From the sequence record OM339718.1: DNA of 64,000 bases, one strand, 5' to 3'. Shown here piece after piece: positions 43,794 to 54,351 of this stretch. The number at the start of each line of letters is the position of its first letter. Position 1 is the stretch's first letter. Below the pieces are notes generated by a model, which ran no database searches, was not told the origin of the DNA, and worked only from the letters and a program-made list of their open reading frames with translations. The translations under genes and the position numbers were made by a program.

Positions 43794-45741
43794 TATTAAC
43801 TCAGTTGAAATCCCAAACGTATTCAAAGAGAGTACCTTTGAAGGTTTCAAAACCAGATTACGGGATTTCTTTAAAAACCAATATGAATTTAAAGATTATG
43901 ATTTTGAAGGGTCAAGATTGACCGTCCTAATAGAATCGATGGCTTATGCAATGCTATACCATCAGCAATTTGCAAACGGGGCTTTATTTGAAGGCTACAA
44001 CCAAACTGCCCGTCTTCGTTCTTCTGTGGTTCAACACGCACAAGATAACGGGTATATGCCTTGGGGTATGAGTGCTAGTACTAATATGATACAGATTCAA
44101 GCGTATTATAGCCCGATTGATAGTAGTCCTCGTTCTATTACAATTCCGAAGGGTACTAAATTCACTGCTTCTATTGAAGAAGTTGAATTTTATGATTATG
44201 TCACTTGGGAAGACGTCGAGGTAATACGTGGTATAGACAAACGATATATTACAGATCTTAACTTGGTTCAGGGTAGAATTATCAGAAACCAAATGACGTT
44301 TGGTCAGGATGGAACTATTGTAATTCAGGATCCAAATATTGACCGTAGATATGTTAACGTTTATGTGAACGGGGCTAAATGGGAAGACTGGTCTAACAAA
44401 CCGATTGTTCGTGTTGGTGGTACTTCGACTGTTTTTTATCAAAGAGAAACAATTGATAGCTTCACTGAAATATATTTCGGTGAAGGCGACTCTACCGTTG
44501 ATACTAACGGTATGCTCCGCAGTAACTACGTTGGTGGTTTAAAGCCTTCTGTAGGGGATACCATCGTTTTGGAATATATAAGCACCAAAGGAACCGCCGC
44601 TAACGGTTCTCGTGGTTTTGATTATGTGGATACAATTCCTAACTTGGTGGTTGAAGAGATTAGAGAAAACCCAACTCATCCTGACGGAATCAACGATGTG
44701 AATTATGTTGGATCTATTGGTGGTGGTGAAGTTGAGGATATAGAACGTATTCGTTCACTAGGTCCGGTAATGAGAGAGACACAGCGCCGTTGTGTTACTG
44801 CTTCCGACTACGAAACTTTCATATCTAGTCGATTTGGGAACATTGTTCAGGCTATCCAGTGTTATACCAACCCAGAAAAGCCGGGTTATGCATTCATTGC
44901 GATAAAGCCTCAAGATGGTTTATATCTGACTACTGTTCAGAAAGAAGACATCCAAAACTATCTGAGACCGTTTAACGTTAGTACGATTACGCCGGTTGTT
45001 CATAGTCCAAATTATATGTATGTGAAAACCAATGCCAAGGTTACCTACGCAATAAACCAACTCCCACAAACAGAAGAATGGTTACAAGGTCAGATCTTGA
45101 ATTCCATAGACCGTTATTATACGGAAGAGGTTGAAATCTTCAACGCTGGTTTCTATACATCCAAGATGAACAGTCGTATTGATAATACTGATGTGTCTAT
45201 TCTTGGTACGGAAACAAAAATTGGACTTGTTCGAGAAATAGACAACTATCTAGTTAGTCCGATGAATGGTATTCAGTACAATAACGACCTAGTTGAAGGC
45301 TCTATCTATAGCACCGAAATAAAATATATCCATAACACAACAACAAGTTATGATGTTCATTATGTTGGTACTAAGAAGAACGATATTCCTGATCCGTCTG
45401 GGGTACACAGCGAAAATACTGGGTTGATGTTGGTTGGACCCTTTGCTGCTGGTCATATATCTGGTGTTCAAGAATATACCGGAAGCGACTTTGATAGGAA
45501 AGAAATTGATGGGCGCAGTAAATACTATGTAGTTGGATCTATAAATTATGAAATAGACCAAATCACATTCGACCTTGGTGTTCTCAATAAAGACCCAGAT
45601 CAGTTTATTGCGGCATATATTGAATTACATAGTGAACCAACCTCACTTAATATATTCCCGTCCGATGGTACATTGATCGTTTTTGAGAATAACCTACGTC
45701 CTCAATACACAACAATTGAAATGAACTCGGTGGTAATTTAA
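43786..45741 (+). CDS. 6: Baseplate wedge gp6
   Basis: FKDYDFEGSRL, TARLRSSVVQHAQDNGY, RCVTASDYE, PGYAFIAIKP. Confidence 0.97.
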   Translation: MANINSVEIPNVFKESTFEGFKTRLRDFFKNQYEFKDYDFEGSRLTVLIESMAYAMLYHQQFANGALFEGYNQTARLRSSVVQHAQDNGYMPWGMSASTNMIQIQAYYSPIDSSPRSITIPKGTKFTASIEEVEFYDYVTWEDVEVIRGIDKRYITDLNLVQGRIIRNQMTFGQDGTIVIQDPNIDRRYVNVYVNGAKWEDWSNKPIVRVGGTSTVFYQRETIDSFTEIYFGEGDSTVDTNGMLRSNYVGGLKPSVGDTIVLEYISTKGTAANGSRGFDYVDTIPNLVVEEIRENPTHPDGINDVNYVGSIGGGEVEDIERIRSLGPVMRETQRRCVTASDYETFISSRFGNIVQAIQCYTNPEKPGYAFIAIKPQDGLYLTTVQKEDIQNYLRPFNVSTITPVVHSPNYMYVKTNAKVTYAINQLPQTEEWLQGQILNSIDRYYTEEVEIFNAGFYTSKMNSRIDNTDVSILGTETKIGLVREIDNYLVSPMNGIQYNNDLVEGSIYSTEIKYIHNTTTSYDVHYVGTKKNDIPDPSGVHSENTGLMLVGPFAAGHISGVQEYTGSDFDRKEIDGRSKYYVVGSINYEIDQITFDLGVLNKDPDQFIAAYIELHSEPTSLNIFPSDGTLIVFENNLRPQYTTIEMNSVVI

Positions 45742-45743
45742 AA

Positions 45744-48700
45744 ATGATAAAAGCTCCAACAATAACAAGTCTTCGCGTCGCCATGCTCGGCGCGAACTTC
45801 GTTCACCTAAAATGGGATGATGTAGGTTCGAACTATTTTTATATTGTCGAATACACCATCGTTTCAGGTACTGGGGTAGATAGTTGGACACAATTGGGGG
45901 TGGAATATTCCCCCGAATTTTTCAGTTCATCTCTCATTCCAGATACAAAATATAAATTTAGAATATCTACAACTCATCCCGGTTTGGAGCCGTCTGATTG
46001 GGTTGTTAGTGATGTAATAGAATCATTCACAACAAACGCATATCAAATATCTACCATGGAGAAATTCATTCCATCGTTTAAGTTTATTGATATGAAGTTA
46101 CATAAAAACAAGATGGATTATATCAACCTCAATAGTGATGTGATTCAGGCTAGTTTGATGAATGAAAACTTTATATACGATCCTAGTATCTCAAACGTCA
46201 CGAATATAGAAAATTTTGTTACTAGTGACGATGAATACCATGAGATTTTGGGTTCTGTATCAAAAATTTGTCGGGATATTAATAGCGTTTACCTTGGCGC
46301 AAACCGTCGTGTTGTATACGCATTTGAAAAATATCAAAACTACTGTAAGGTAACTAACGACGGCGGACAGAACTGGTATTACTACCAAGCTATTTCTGAT
46401 CGTGTTGGGTATCCAGCCGGTAATACCGTAATGAGCCAAAACAGGAATACATCTTTCCTTCTTGGATATGATTTTGCTTTTTACGGACGAAACGTTGATG
46501 AAGTAAGATTTAGCTCAGATCTTCATTTTTGGTCTGATGACCAGCTTACATTTGTTAAGATGGATACTGATTCGTCTATCCCATTTCCTACTATGTTCTT
46601 TGGGACTTTTGCCAAGTACCCAGACGATATCAGAAGAAAAGTAGAAGCTCAAACGTCCTCTAATATGTGGCTATATGCCGCTGCAAATGGTGTTGCTAGA
46701 CGTATACGTGTATCTGGTGGTCCAACCGATAATGAAGGTAATATCATATGGGACCCGGAAGTCTTTACGATCTGTGATAATCCAAACGTAGTAGTTAAGA
46801 AAATGGATGTACTTAACGAGGTTTGTTATGCGCTGGTATCCGGTGAAGTAGATGCAGGGAAAGATAAACGAGATCCTAAAAACGTAAAGAAATCTACATA
46901 TTCTGGTGTATATCGCCTCAACGAAAAATACAAGAAAGAAGATTTCATGTTGGGGGATATGAACTTTTCCGACCCAACAGAAGATATTAATTTCGTAAAT
47001 GGTATTGACGTTGGTCGTGAGATGGTAACTTTCCTTCCTGACGGTACACACGTTGGTAAAGTTTCTACTAGATGGGAATCTAGAGTATTCCAAGGTAGAA
47101 CCCATGGGATGCAAATGAAAGTCAACTTTGTACCAAGTGATAGCCATGACTCGTTTGAGTTTATTGCTGATATCTATTCCGATCCAGTACAAAAGATAGT
47201 AGACCCGGTGAAATATAGTCGGTTTGTTGATGATTTTGCATATCCTAATATTTTTGACCTTTACCAAGAAGATGGGCAGATAGTAAAGCCTTCTGTTCCG
47301 GATGGTGGGTCATGGGAAAGAGTGTTTGGAAATACTGAGGATGAAAGGTATAATATCGAACACAAATATTCCGATATGAGTGTTGATGGTACTAAATTAT
47401 TTGTATCCGGTGCAACTTACAAATACACCAATACTATCGAAGATCTTGATACCGTTAATAAATACCCGGATGATGTGACCTATGCGGTAAAATACAGTTC
47501 GGACTTTGGATATCTTAGTGAAAAGAAAGTTTTCATGTATCAATGGGAAACCGAAGATGGTGATGTTTTCTCCTTAAGACCAGCTAGATATTATAACGAG
47601 GCTGGGTTTGATTATATGGCTATGACTGGGGAGAGAGTTTGGAAAAACCATGAAAACCGAATAGTTCTTATAACACCTTCCACCAAATACCAATATAACA
47701 TAGACCCTACACGGGAATATAACAAAGAAGTTTGGAATAAAGGTTCTGTAAAATTTTATCTGAACAATATTAATTTCAAAAACTTTAGTAAGTATTGTAA
47801 CGGTATTTTGATTCACACTGCCTACAATAGAGAGAATGGTCTTGGTGGGGAGATATTTGGATACTATGAGTTCCCTTATCGTGTTAGAGATGAAGCATCT
47901 GTATTTTGGAGACCAGAATATATCGCGTTGCAAGCTTCTTTGATAAACCAAGAAAGAGAAGTTGTTGAAGAGAAGAAGGATGATACAGGTATAATTGATC
48001 CAAATATCGCACCTATGTTGAGAATTATGGGACCTGAACATTATTTCAACGACTCAAATTACTCTAAGTTTGCTGAATATTATCTTCAATTCCTATCAGA
48101 AGGTACTGATTCGATGTATGGTAAACTTCTCAATTTCATCAAACTAAAATACCCGAGAGAGAAAGATTCTTTTGTATTTTTGTGGTCTGAGATGAGAAGA
48201 AGGAATATATATCTAGACCAAAACAAGAGAGATGAGGTTGTTAAATTCTTCGAAGCCAACGCCAATAACTTTTATAGCTCAAAGGGAACTCTGGATAGTT
48301 ATAAGTTCTTGTTCAAACTGCTATATGATGCCGATGTAGATATTGAAATCGAATCTCAAGTTGGGATAGATTATGATATACTGGTTAAGTCGTCTAATAT
48401 CAGTACTGATCTTGTTGGAAGAACGATATTTACCAAAACTGGTCGAGCCAACGTTACCTATATTGAACGTCAGTTTGTTGATGGTCAATTAAGATGGAAA
48501 ATAACGATTCATAACCTTATTGGGAAGTTGGAAGTTGGGCAAGAAATAAAATCTGAATCTAGTTCTTTTGTTGGTGAAGTCACTCGGGGAGTTAAGGGTA
48601 AAGAGCTAGCATATTCCGATATAGATTATATAAACAGAAATAGATCTTACTATATGATGAGAATTCGTTCTGAATTGAACACATCTCGGTATAAGGATGA

Positions 48701-49247
48701 TGTTATTCGGTTTGTTCATCCAGTTGGATTTGGATTTGTTGGTATTACTCTACTAACTGTTATGGTTAACGGGGGTATTTCTATGAAACACATAGAGACT
48801 ATCGTCGATATAAATAAATCATATCGGTGGGATTCTGGTTTACCTAGCCTAACCCCTAAATATAGAACAGTACCAGACCCCAATGGTTCGTTTACAGATC
48901 CAGTACCTCTATTCGACCCGATAACTGGGGAATTAATGGAAGTGGAACAACCACAAACGCCATTTGATGTGTCTGAGTGGAATAACGCAATTGATACAAG
49001 TACCGGTAATGTATTTGAGGTCAGGAATTATGACCAAGATGAACAGAACTGGACTGTTGACGGTGTTGTTTATACCCCATCGGCACGTAGGCTTGATGGT
49101 AGTCCCCTGTTTAGCGATTTTAGTAGTAGGTATTCTGACCTTAAACGGTTGTCAGAAAAACGGCTTAAGGATGATATAGGCAATCCTCGTGATGTAAGTA
49201 AACTCCTTGTGCCAGTACCGCCTACCCAAGTTAAGGTAGAACAATAA
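45744..49247 (+). CDS. 7: Baseplate wedge initiator gp7
   Basis: IKAPTITSLR, N-terminal Fn3-like region, KG...SYKFLFKLLY, YKDDVIRFVHPVGFGF. Confidence 0.95.
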   Translation: MIKAPTITSLRVAMLGANFVHLKWDDVGSNYFYIVEYTIVSGTGVDSWTQLGVEYSPEFFSSSLIPDTKYKFRISTTHPGLEPSDWVVSDVIESFTTNAYQISTMEKFIPSFKFIDMKLHKNKMDYINLNSDVIQASLMNENFIYDPSISNVTNIENFVTSDDEYHEILGSVSKICRDINSVYLGANRRVVYAFEKYQNYCKVTNDGGQNWYYYQAISDRVGYPAGNTVMSQNRNTSFLLGYDFAFYGRNVDEVRFSSDLHFWSDDQLTFVKMDTDSSIPFPTMFFGTFAKYPDDIRRKVEAQTSSNMWLYAAANGVARRIRVSGGPTDNEGNIIWDPEVFTICDNPNVVVKKMDVLNEVCYALVSGEVDAGKDKRDPKNVKKSTYSGVYRLNEKYKKEDFMLGDMNFSDPTEDINFVNGIDVGREMVTFLPDGTHVGKVSTRWESRVFQGRTHGMQMKVNFVPSDSHDSFEFIADIYSDPVQKIVDPVKYSRFVDDFAYPNIFDLYQEDGQIVKPSVPDGGSWERVFGNTEDERYNIEHKYSDMSVDGTKLFVSGATYKYTNTIEDLDTVNKYPDDVTYAVKYSSDFGYLSEKKVFMYQWETEDGDVFSLRPARYYNEAGFDYMAMTGERVWKNHENRIVLITPSTKYQYNIDPTREYNKEVWNKGSVKFYLNNINFKNFSKYCNGILIHTAYNRENGLGGEIFGYYEFPYRVRDEASVFWRPEYIALQASLINQEREVVEEKKDDTGIIDPNIAPMLRIMGPEHYFNDSNYSKFAEYYLQFLSEGTDSMYGKLLNFIKLKYPREKDSFVFLWSEMRRRNIYLDQNKRDEVVKFFEANANNFYSSKGTLDSYKFLFKLLYDADVDIEIESQVGIDYDILVKSSNISTDLVGRTIFTKTGRANVTYIERQFVDGQLRWKITIHNLIGKLEVGQEIKSESSSFVGEVTRGVKGKELAYSDIDYINRNRSYYMMRIRSELNTSRYKDDVIRFVHPVGFGFVGITLLTVMVNGGISMKHIETIVDINKSYRWDSGLPSLTPKYRTVPDPNGSFTDPVPLFDPITGELMEVEQPQTPFDVSEWNNAIDTSTGNVFEVRNYDQDEQNWTVDGVVYTPSARRLDGSPLFSDFSSRYSDLKRLSEKRLKDDIGNPRDVSKLLVPVPPTQVKVEQ

Positions 49248-50230
49248 TGTCAGTGATTTATAGAGCAATGGTTACTAGCGACTTTCGGGTCGCTAACCTT
49301 TTAAACTTTTATTCTCTTATCGGAGATGGTAATACACAAAATACCCTCTATGCATATTTCGGGAGAAGTGAAGCATGGGCTGATAATGAATCAGACCCAA
49401 AATTTGCACCACCATATCCAGATGATACGTCAGAGGGGTATTCTGATGTTTGGTCTAGAATGCTGGGAGCTGTTAAGATCCAAAAAGAGCTTATTCGTCC
49501 AGTAGTGCCCCGTAAGGATTGGGGGGACCAGAGATATGCAGACCCATACACTTTCCATATCGGTGACATTGTAGTTACCAACTCAGCCCCGTATAATACA
49601 ACTGAAATTGGATCTGGGTGGATGGTATATCGTTGCGTTGATGTACCATCAGATGGTATGTGTTCAATTCAAACCATTAAAGACAAGGAAGAGTGTTTGA
49701 AAGTTGGTGGTAAATGGACACCATCAATATTCAGCATACTCCCGATTGGACGTTCCGATGGCGTAAACATGCAAGATGGTTATATATGGGAATACCTATA
49801 TACAATACCAACCGACGTTGCGATAAACGATTGTTCAAATGAATATATCGTAGTACCAACTCCAGATGAACTAAAAACATCTCCTGATGTATGGGGATAC
49901 CAACACGTTATAACTTGGTATCCAAATGATTATAACCTAATTGGTAGAATAAAATGTAATACACTTAGGTTTAGATCATATTTTGATAGTTATAATTTCC
50001 CCGCATCAAGCAAAATCGGTAACACTGGTTTTCGGCAGATGGGGATTATAAATAATCCACTTTTGGTTAAAAATACACCAGCAGATCCGGATGTAAAAGC
50101 AACTGCACTCAGTTATGATCCATCTCAGTTAGAAAGACATAGTGGGAATATTATCTATATGGATAATAGACAACCTGTAATTCGTTCTAGAGATCAAACG
50201 GAAGAATTTAACGTGGTGTTTAGTTTCTGA
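49247..50230 (+). CDS. 8: Baseplate wedge gp8
   Basis: YRAMVTSDFR, FGRSEAW, VVPRKDWGD, DGYIWEYLYTIP, SG.IIYMDNRQPV.RS.DQTEE. Confidence 0.97.
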   Translation: MSVIYRAMVTSDFRVANLLNFYSLIGDGNTQNTLYAYFGRSEAWADNESDPKFAPPYPDDTSEGYSDVWSRMLGAVKIQKELIRPVVPRKDWGDQRYADPYTFHIGDIVVTNSAPYNTTEIGSGWMVYRCVDVPSDGMCSIQTIKDKEECLKVGGKWTPSIFSILPIGRSDGVNMQDGYIWEYLYTIPTDVAINDCSNEYIVVPTPDELKTSPDVWGYQHVITWYPNDYNLIGRIKCNTLRFRSYFDSYNFPASSKIGNTGFRQMGIINNPLLVKNTPADPDVKATALSYDPSQLERHSGNIIYMDNRQPVIRSRDQTEEFNVVFSF

Positions 50231-50274
50231 AAAAACCCGACCATTAGGTCGGGTTTTTTATTTTCTCCTAAATA
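50231..50274 (+). terminator. Terminator plus late promoter CTAAATA (50268-50274)
   Basis: AAAAACCCGACC-ATTA-GGTCGGGTTTTT. Confidence 0.85.
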
Positions 50275-50310
50275 CAAGGGTGAACCCTATAAAATAAAGG
50301 ATATAAAATA

Positions 50311-51237
50311 ATGTCTGTACAAAAGCCTAAAGAGCTAGTTGATACTGGCGTCCGTGGTCAAGAAGGAACCGGTGATACCCTTCATGACGGCGGCTTAAAA
50401 TTAAACCAAGATATAAACAGTATTTGGAACGTGTTCGGGGACTACAGAATTGGTAAGACTTCTGGTTTTGGTAATCGCGTTCAGACCCTCCATGGTACTG
50501 GATATTATCAAAAACACACTCGGGCATACTATGCAGGGGCAGAACAGCCGTCTGGCAACCCAGTAGAATTTGGTTCTATGCACGACCTATCTGTTATCAG
50601 AGACGGTACAGGAGACCTTACTATAACTCTCCCTCAAGGTAGTGGTCATGGTGGGGAATGTATAGAATTCGTCAATACAGACGGTTCTGTGGGGTTTGGT
50701 GCTGGTAAAGAAGTGATTATTCGGACTAGTGGTTCTGGTGATACCATCGGGGCTAGTGGGAATAGATTGGTTGTAAACCGTTCCAATTTCAAATTAACCC
50801 TATGGGTAGCAGAAGCAAGTCCAGCAGGTTCGAAATGGAATTATAAGCTTGAATCGATTTATGGTGACTCTGCAACTTCATATAGCGCCACTATTACTGG
50901 GATCGCGGTTGGTGCTGACCGAAACGTGGTTTTGTTTAGTAAGCCACAATTCAACGCGGTTAAGCACATGATCTTTGTTACTCAACGTGGCGTTGGTGCC
51001 CTTCAAGAATCATGCGAAACTTTACTGATGGTAAATAATACCAGTACCGCAGATACAAAAGTTTATTCTACTGAATACGCTAGACTGCGAACCAAAACAC
51101 CAGATAAAGCGGAAGAAAACCTTTTATTTGAAGCTTCTTATAGCATCACAGGTAATTCTGTTTTACTGACCATAAAAAACATTAGTCAGTCAACGATAGA
51201 CGTATATATAAAATCTATCGATGCAATTGGGGCATAA
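50311..51237 (+). CDS. 9: Baseplate long-tail-fibre socket gp9
   Basis: PKELVDTG...GTGDTLHDGGLKLN, HGTGYYQKH. Confidence 0.93.
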   Translation: MSVQKPKELVDTGVRGQEGTGDTLHDGGLKLNQDINSIWNVFGDYRIGKTSGFGNRVQTLHGTGYYQKHTRAYYAGAEQPSGNPVEFGSMHDLSVIRDGTGDLTITLPQGSGHGGECIEFVNTDGSVGFGAGKEVIIRTSGSGDTIGASGNRLVVNRSNFKLTLWVAEASPAGSKWNYKLESIYGDSATSYSATITGIAVGADRNVVLFSKPQFNAVKHMIFVTQRGVGALQESCETLLMVNNTSTADTKVYSTEYARLRTKTPDKAEENLLFEASYSITGNSVLLTIKNISQSTIDVYIKSIDAIGA

Positions 51238-51239
51238 AA

Positions 51240-53378
51240 ATGAAACAGCAAATTATTATTGGTAATCGTGTTGATGACGGAACCGGTGATTACCTTAGAA
51301 AAGGTGGTCAGAAGACAAACGACAACTTTAATGAACTTTACTACAACTTAGGGGATGGTAACATTCCTCATGCTGCTGGTGCATGGAAACCATATAGCGA
51401 CCACACAAAAACTCTATCGGCTATTATGGGTCAGGCGTGGGTAATTAATACAACAACCGGTCGTATTACTGTCAATCTTCCGAGTGGAACACCAGCCGAT
51501 TATGGTAAGGTTATTCGTGTTCGTGATGTAATGGGAACTTGGGGTGGAAACCCAGTAATTCTTGTTCCCGGTGGATTTAATACCATCAAAGGGTCTTCTG
51601 GTACACACAGATTAGAAAACAATTTCATGGACGTTGAGCTTGTATATTGCTCTCCCGGTAACTGGGATTATGTACCAAGTAAATATGTTGGTGAAATTAG
51701 ATCCAACGACATAGCAACTGTTGCCAAAAAAGAATTTATTGCCACCGAAGGTCAAACCGATTTTCAAAATATATTCTCGTCTGGTTATAACAGAAACTCG
51801 ATTAACGTATATAAGCGCGGTAACATTCTTTATTACGGTCAGGAATACGGTCCCGAATCAAACTATGGGTCTATTGTTCAAAAGACTGTTGCAGACCCAG
51901 CCAAGATTGATATTAACCCGGTACAAATCGATAGCGATAGGTGGGGTACTATTGTTGGTAAGGGAACTAGATTTGGAACAGTTGAAGGGAATACTATAGT
52001 ATCCTTTTATTCCAAAGAGTCTGATAAAAAGACATACATAAAATTTGACCTTAATAAGAAACCACTTAACGAAGACCGTTTGGTTTGTGTTTATAACGAT
52101 AAAACATACCTAATGAAATTCGATAAGCTGACCAGCGAATATGTTTCTGTGAATGAAACCCCCGACATTCTAGCTCGAATGAAAATCGCGTCAAAATTTT
52201 CATATTATGTTGGTGTTAGCAAAATAACAGACCTTGATGGATATACCATTAAGCTAGAAAAGCCGTGCGAAGCTGGTGATGTTGTTGTTATCGAAACTTT
52301 CTTAGACGGTTTGGCTACATATAGAAGTTCTTACGAAACTGCAACGATCCGGGTTTATTCCGATCAATATGTTCCTGTAGATTATGTTTCTGAAACAGGG
52401 CGTAGGTTTGTTGGGGATCTGTCTGCTAAATTTAGATTTAACCTTTCCGAATTTGGCTTCCAACCAAGTGAGACTTTTAACCCAAAAACTCTAGAGATGA
52501 TTGTCAACGGTCGTCAATTGGTTAAATCTGGACAAGGTGATATTCCGTTTTTTACTTGTGAGGGTGCGGATAGCTTAACTCAAGAATCTTGTATTGCTAA
52601 TGGTGGTGTTTGGGTTCCTACTGGTGTTGATTTTGGACCTATCGAAGATGAGAACGGTTATATGCGTGATATTGTGGTGAACGAACCGTTCAACCATGAA
52701 GACGTTATTACGATTCGTTGGTTTAATAATGATATTGGTTCGTTGCTTGAACTTGACGATATTATCAAAGAGACAGACAAAAAGTATATCAATACTGTTC
52801 CTGTTACTTTGACCGGGAAAATTAGATATTCTGATCCTTTCAATCCAACCCCAAAGACAGTACAACCAGATCCTAACGATTTGATCAACGTTCCTGCAAA
52901 CTCTATTGCAATGCTGTTTGATATGTTTTATCCAGTTGGTACTATCTACGAAAACGCACATAACCCGAACAACCCAGCAACCTATATGGGGATTGGTACT
53001 TGGGTTCGTTGGGCAGAGGGTAAGGTTGTTGCTGGGTGGAATAGTCAGAATCCAAACGATCCGATATACGGTCTGAATAACCAAGATTTGGATATTAACG
53101 GACAACCAAGACACAGTGCTGGTAGTATTTTTGGTGAAAACGACGTAACCCTTGCGGTTGACAATACCCCCGGAACAAAAAGTACGGAAAAGGCGCTTAT
53201 TGCAGATCCGAATGGTGATGTTCTTGTTGGTGGGTGTCAATACGACCCAGACGAGAGTGGTCCGGGTTATAAGAAATACAGAGAGGATTATGTCTATACC
53301 AGACCAAACGAAACAGTAAACCCGTTCTCTGTGATCCAACCTACAACCACCGCCCATAGATGGCTAAGGGTAGAATAA
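51240..53378 (+). CDS. 10: Baseplate wedge/tail pin gp10
   Basis: IGNRVDDGTGDYLRKGGQK.NDNF, FYPVGTIYEN, GIGTW, QPT..AHRWLRV. Confidence 0.96.
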   Translation: MKQQIIIGNRVDDGTGDYLRKGGQKTNDNFNELYYNLGDGNIPHAAGAWKPYSDHTKTLSAIMGQAWVINTTTGRITVNLPSGTPADYGKVIRVRDVMGTWGGNPVILVPGGFNTIKGSSGTHRLENNFMDVELVYCSPGNWDYVPSKYVGEIRSNDIATVAKKEFIATEGQTDFQNIFSSGYNRNSINVYKRGNILYYGQEYGPESNYGSIVQKTVADPAKIDINPVQIDSDRWGTIVGKGTRFGTVEGNTIVSFYSKESDKKTYIKFDLNKKPLNEDRLVCVYNDKTYLMKFDKLTSEYVSVNETPDILARMKIASKFSYYVGVSKITDLDGYTIKLEKPCEAGDVVVIETFLDGLATYRSSYETATIRVYSDQYVPVDYVSETGRRFVGDLSAKFRFNLSEFGFQPSETFNPKTLEMIVNGRQLVKSGQGDIPFFTCEGADSLTQESCIANGGVWVPTGVDFGPIEDENGYMRDIVVNEPFNHEDVITIRWFNNDIGSLLELDDIIKETDKKYINTVPVTLTGKIRYSDPFNPTPKTVQPDPNDLINVPANSIAMLFDMFYPVGTIYENAHNPNNPATYMGIGTWVRWAEGKVVAGWNSQNPNDPIYGLNNQDLDINGQPRHSAGSIFGENDVTLAVDNTPGTKSTEKALIADPNGDVLVGGCQYDPDESGPGYKKYREDYVYTRPNETVNPFSVIQPTTTAHRWLRVE

Positions 53379-54349
53379 TGATAAGTATTTTTCAACAACC
53401 AAGAAGCCTAACATATTATGCTGGTAGTTCATACCAGCTTTCTATTTTAGCAAGTACAAACAACGTAGATGCAGAACTTAGATATTCTTGGGAATCTTCC
53501 GTAGATAGCAATGCTTGGACTGCTGTTGTTGATGCTAGTGCGGCAACTGATAATCTAAGAGTTCTTCCATCAAACGCATCATATAATCATGGTTATTTCA
53601 GATGTCGTGTTAAAGAAGTCAATTCCACATCAGGCGCGGAACTAAGTTCTTTGGATTCGTCTGTTGTAACCGTGACTATGTTTGACGGTAGAACAAACAC
53701 AGATATGACTAGAAGTCGAATGGCTTCTATGATCAAGAGTAGAAAAGCATCAGACCACGAATTTAATGGAGACCCGACATTAGAGACGTTATCTGTTGTT
53801 GGTGGTATCGGTAACCTAACAATCCAAGATGCCAGAAGTCATAACAAGTTCAAGACAGTTGAAAACGCAATTTCCGATGCTGCATATGTGGGAAGACTTA
53901 ATAAAGGTTCTGTTATTATAAATATAGATAATACGGACCCCGGCGGAAAACCACAAATCGATACATTAACCTTTTCTGGTGCTATTTCCTCTCCAATTTC
54001 TGGTATGCCTGTTGTTCTTGATGTATTTGGTACTCGAATTGAAGTTGCAGATGGTGTAAGTCCGACATTTGTTAGAGATAAAGTATTCGATTTACTTAAA
54101 CAATTTGAAGTGGATGGTTTATATGTGAGGGATGTTACTAAACTTTCTAGTGATTCTATAAACTTCACATATAGAGACCTTCGTGATCATACACCAGAAC
54201 CATGGTCAGAATATGGGATGACCATCGATTGGGTTGTTGGATCTCCTGCATCTTATGGTTACGGATATTGGGAAATGTTTTTCAAAGAAGATAAAGTTGC
54301 AATTGATACCACGGTAACAACACTTTATTACTGGAAAAGGATTGGTTAA
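53378..54349 (+). CDS. 11: Baseplate wedge gp11 with N-terminal Ig-like extension
   Basis: C-terminal GYGYWE...YYWKRIG typical of gp11; N-terminal QQP...Y.W...GYFRCRV Ig pattern. Confidence 0.85.
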   Translation: MISIFQQPRSLTYYAGSSYQLSILASTNNVDAELRYSWESSVDSNAWTAVVDASAATDNLRVLPSNASYNHGYFRCRVKEVNSTSGAELSSLDSSVVTVTMFDGRTNTDMTRSRMASMIKSRKASDHEFNGDPTLETLSVVGGIGNLTIQDARSHNKFKTVENAISDAAYVGRLNKGSVIINIDNTDPGGKPQIDTLTFSGAISSPISGMPVVLDVFGTRIEVADGVSPTFVRDKVFDLLKQFEVDGLYVRDVTKLSSDSINFTYRDLRDHTPEPWSEYGMTIDWVVGSPASYGYGYWEMFFKEDKVAIDTTVTTLYYWKRIG

Positions 54350-54351
54350 AA

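Noticed and set aside
52575-53357. 260-aa minus-strand ORF
   Set aside because: Antisense shadow of gp10, with no RBS or recognisable motifs
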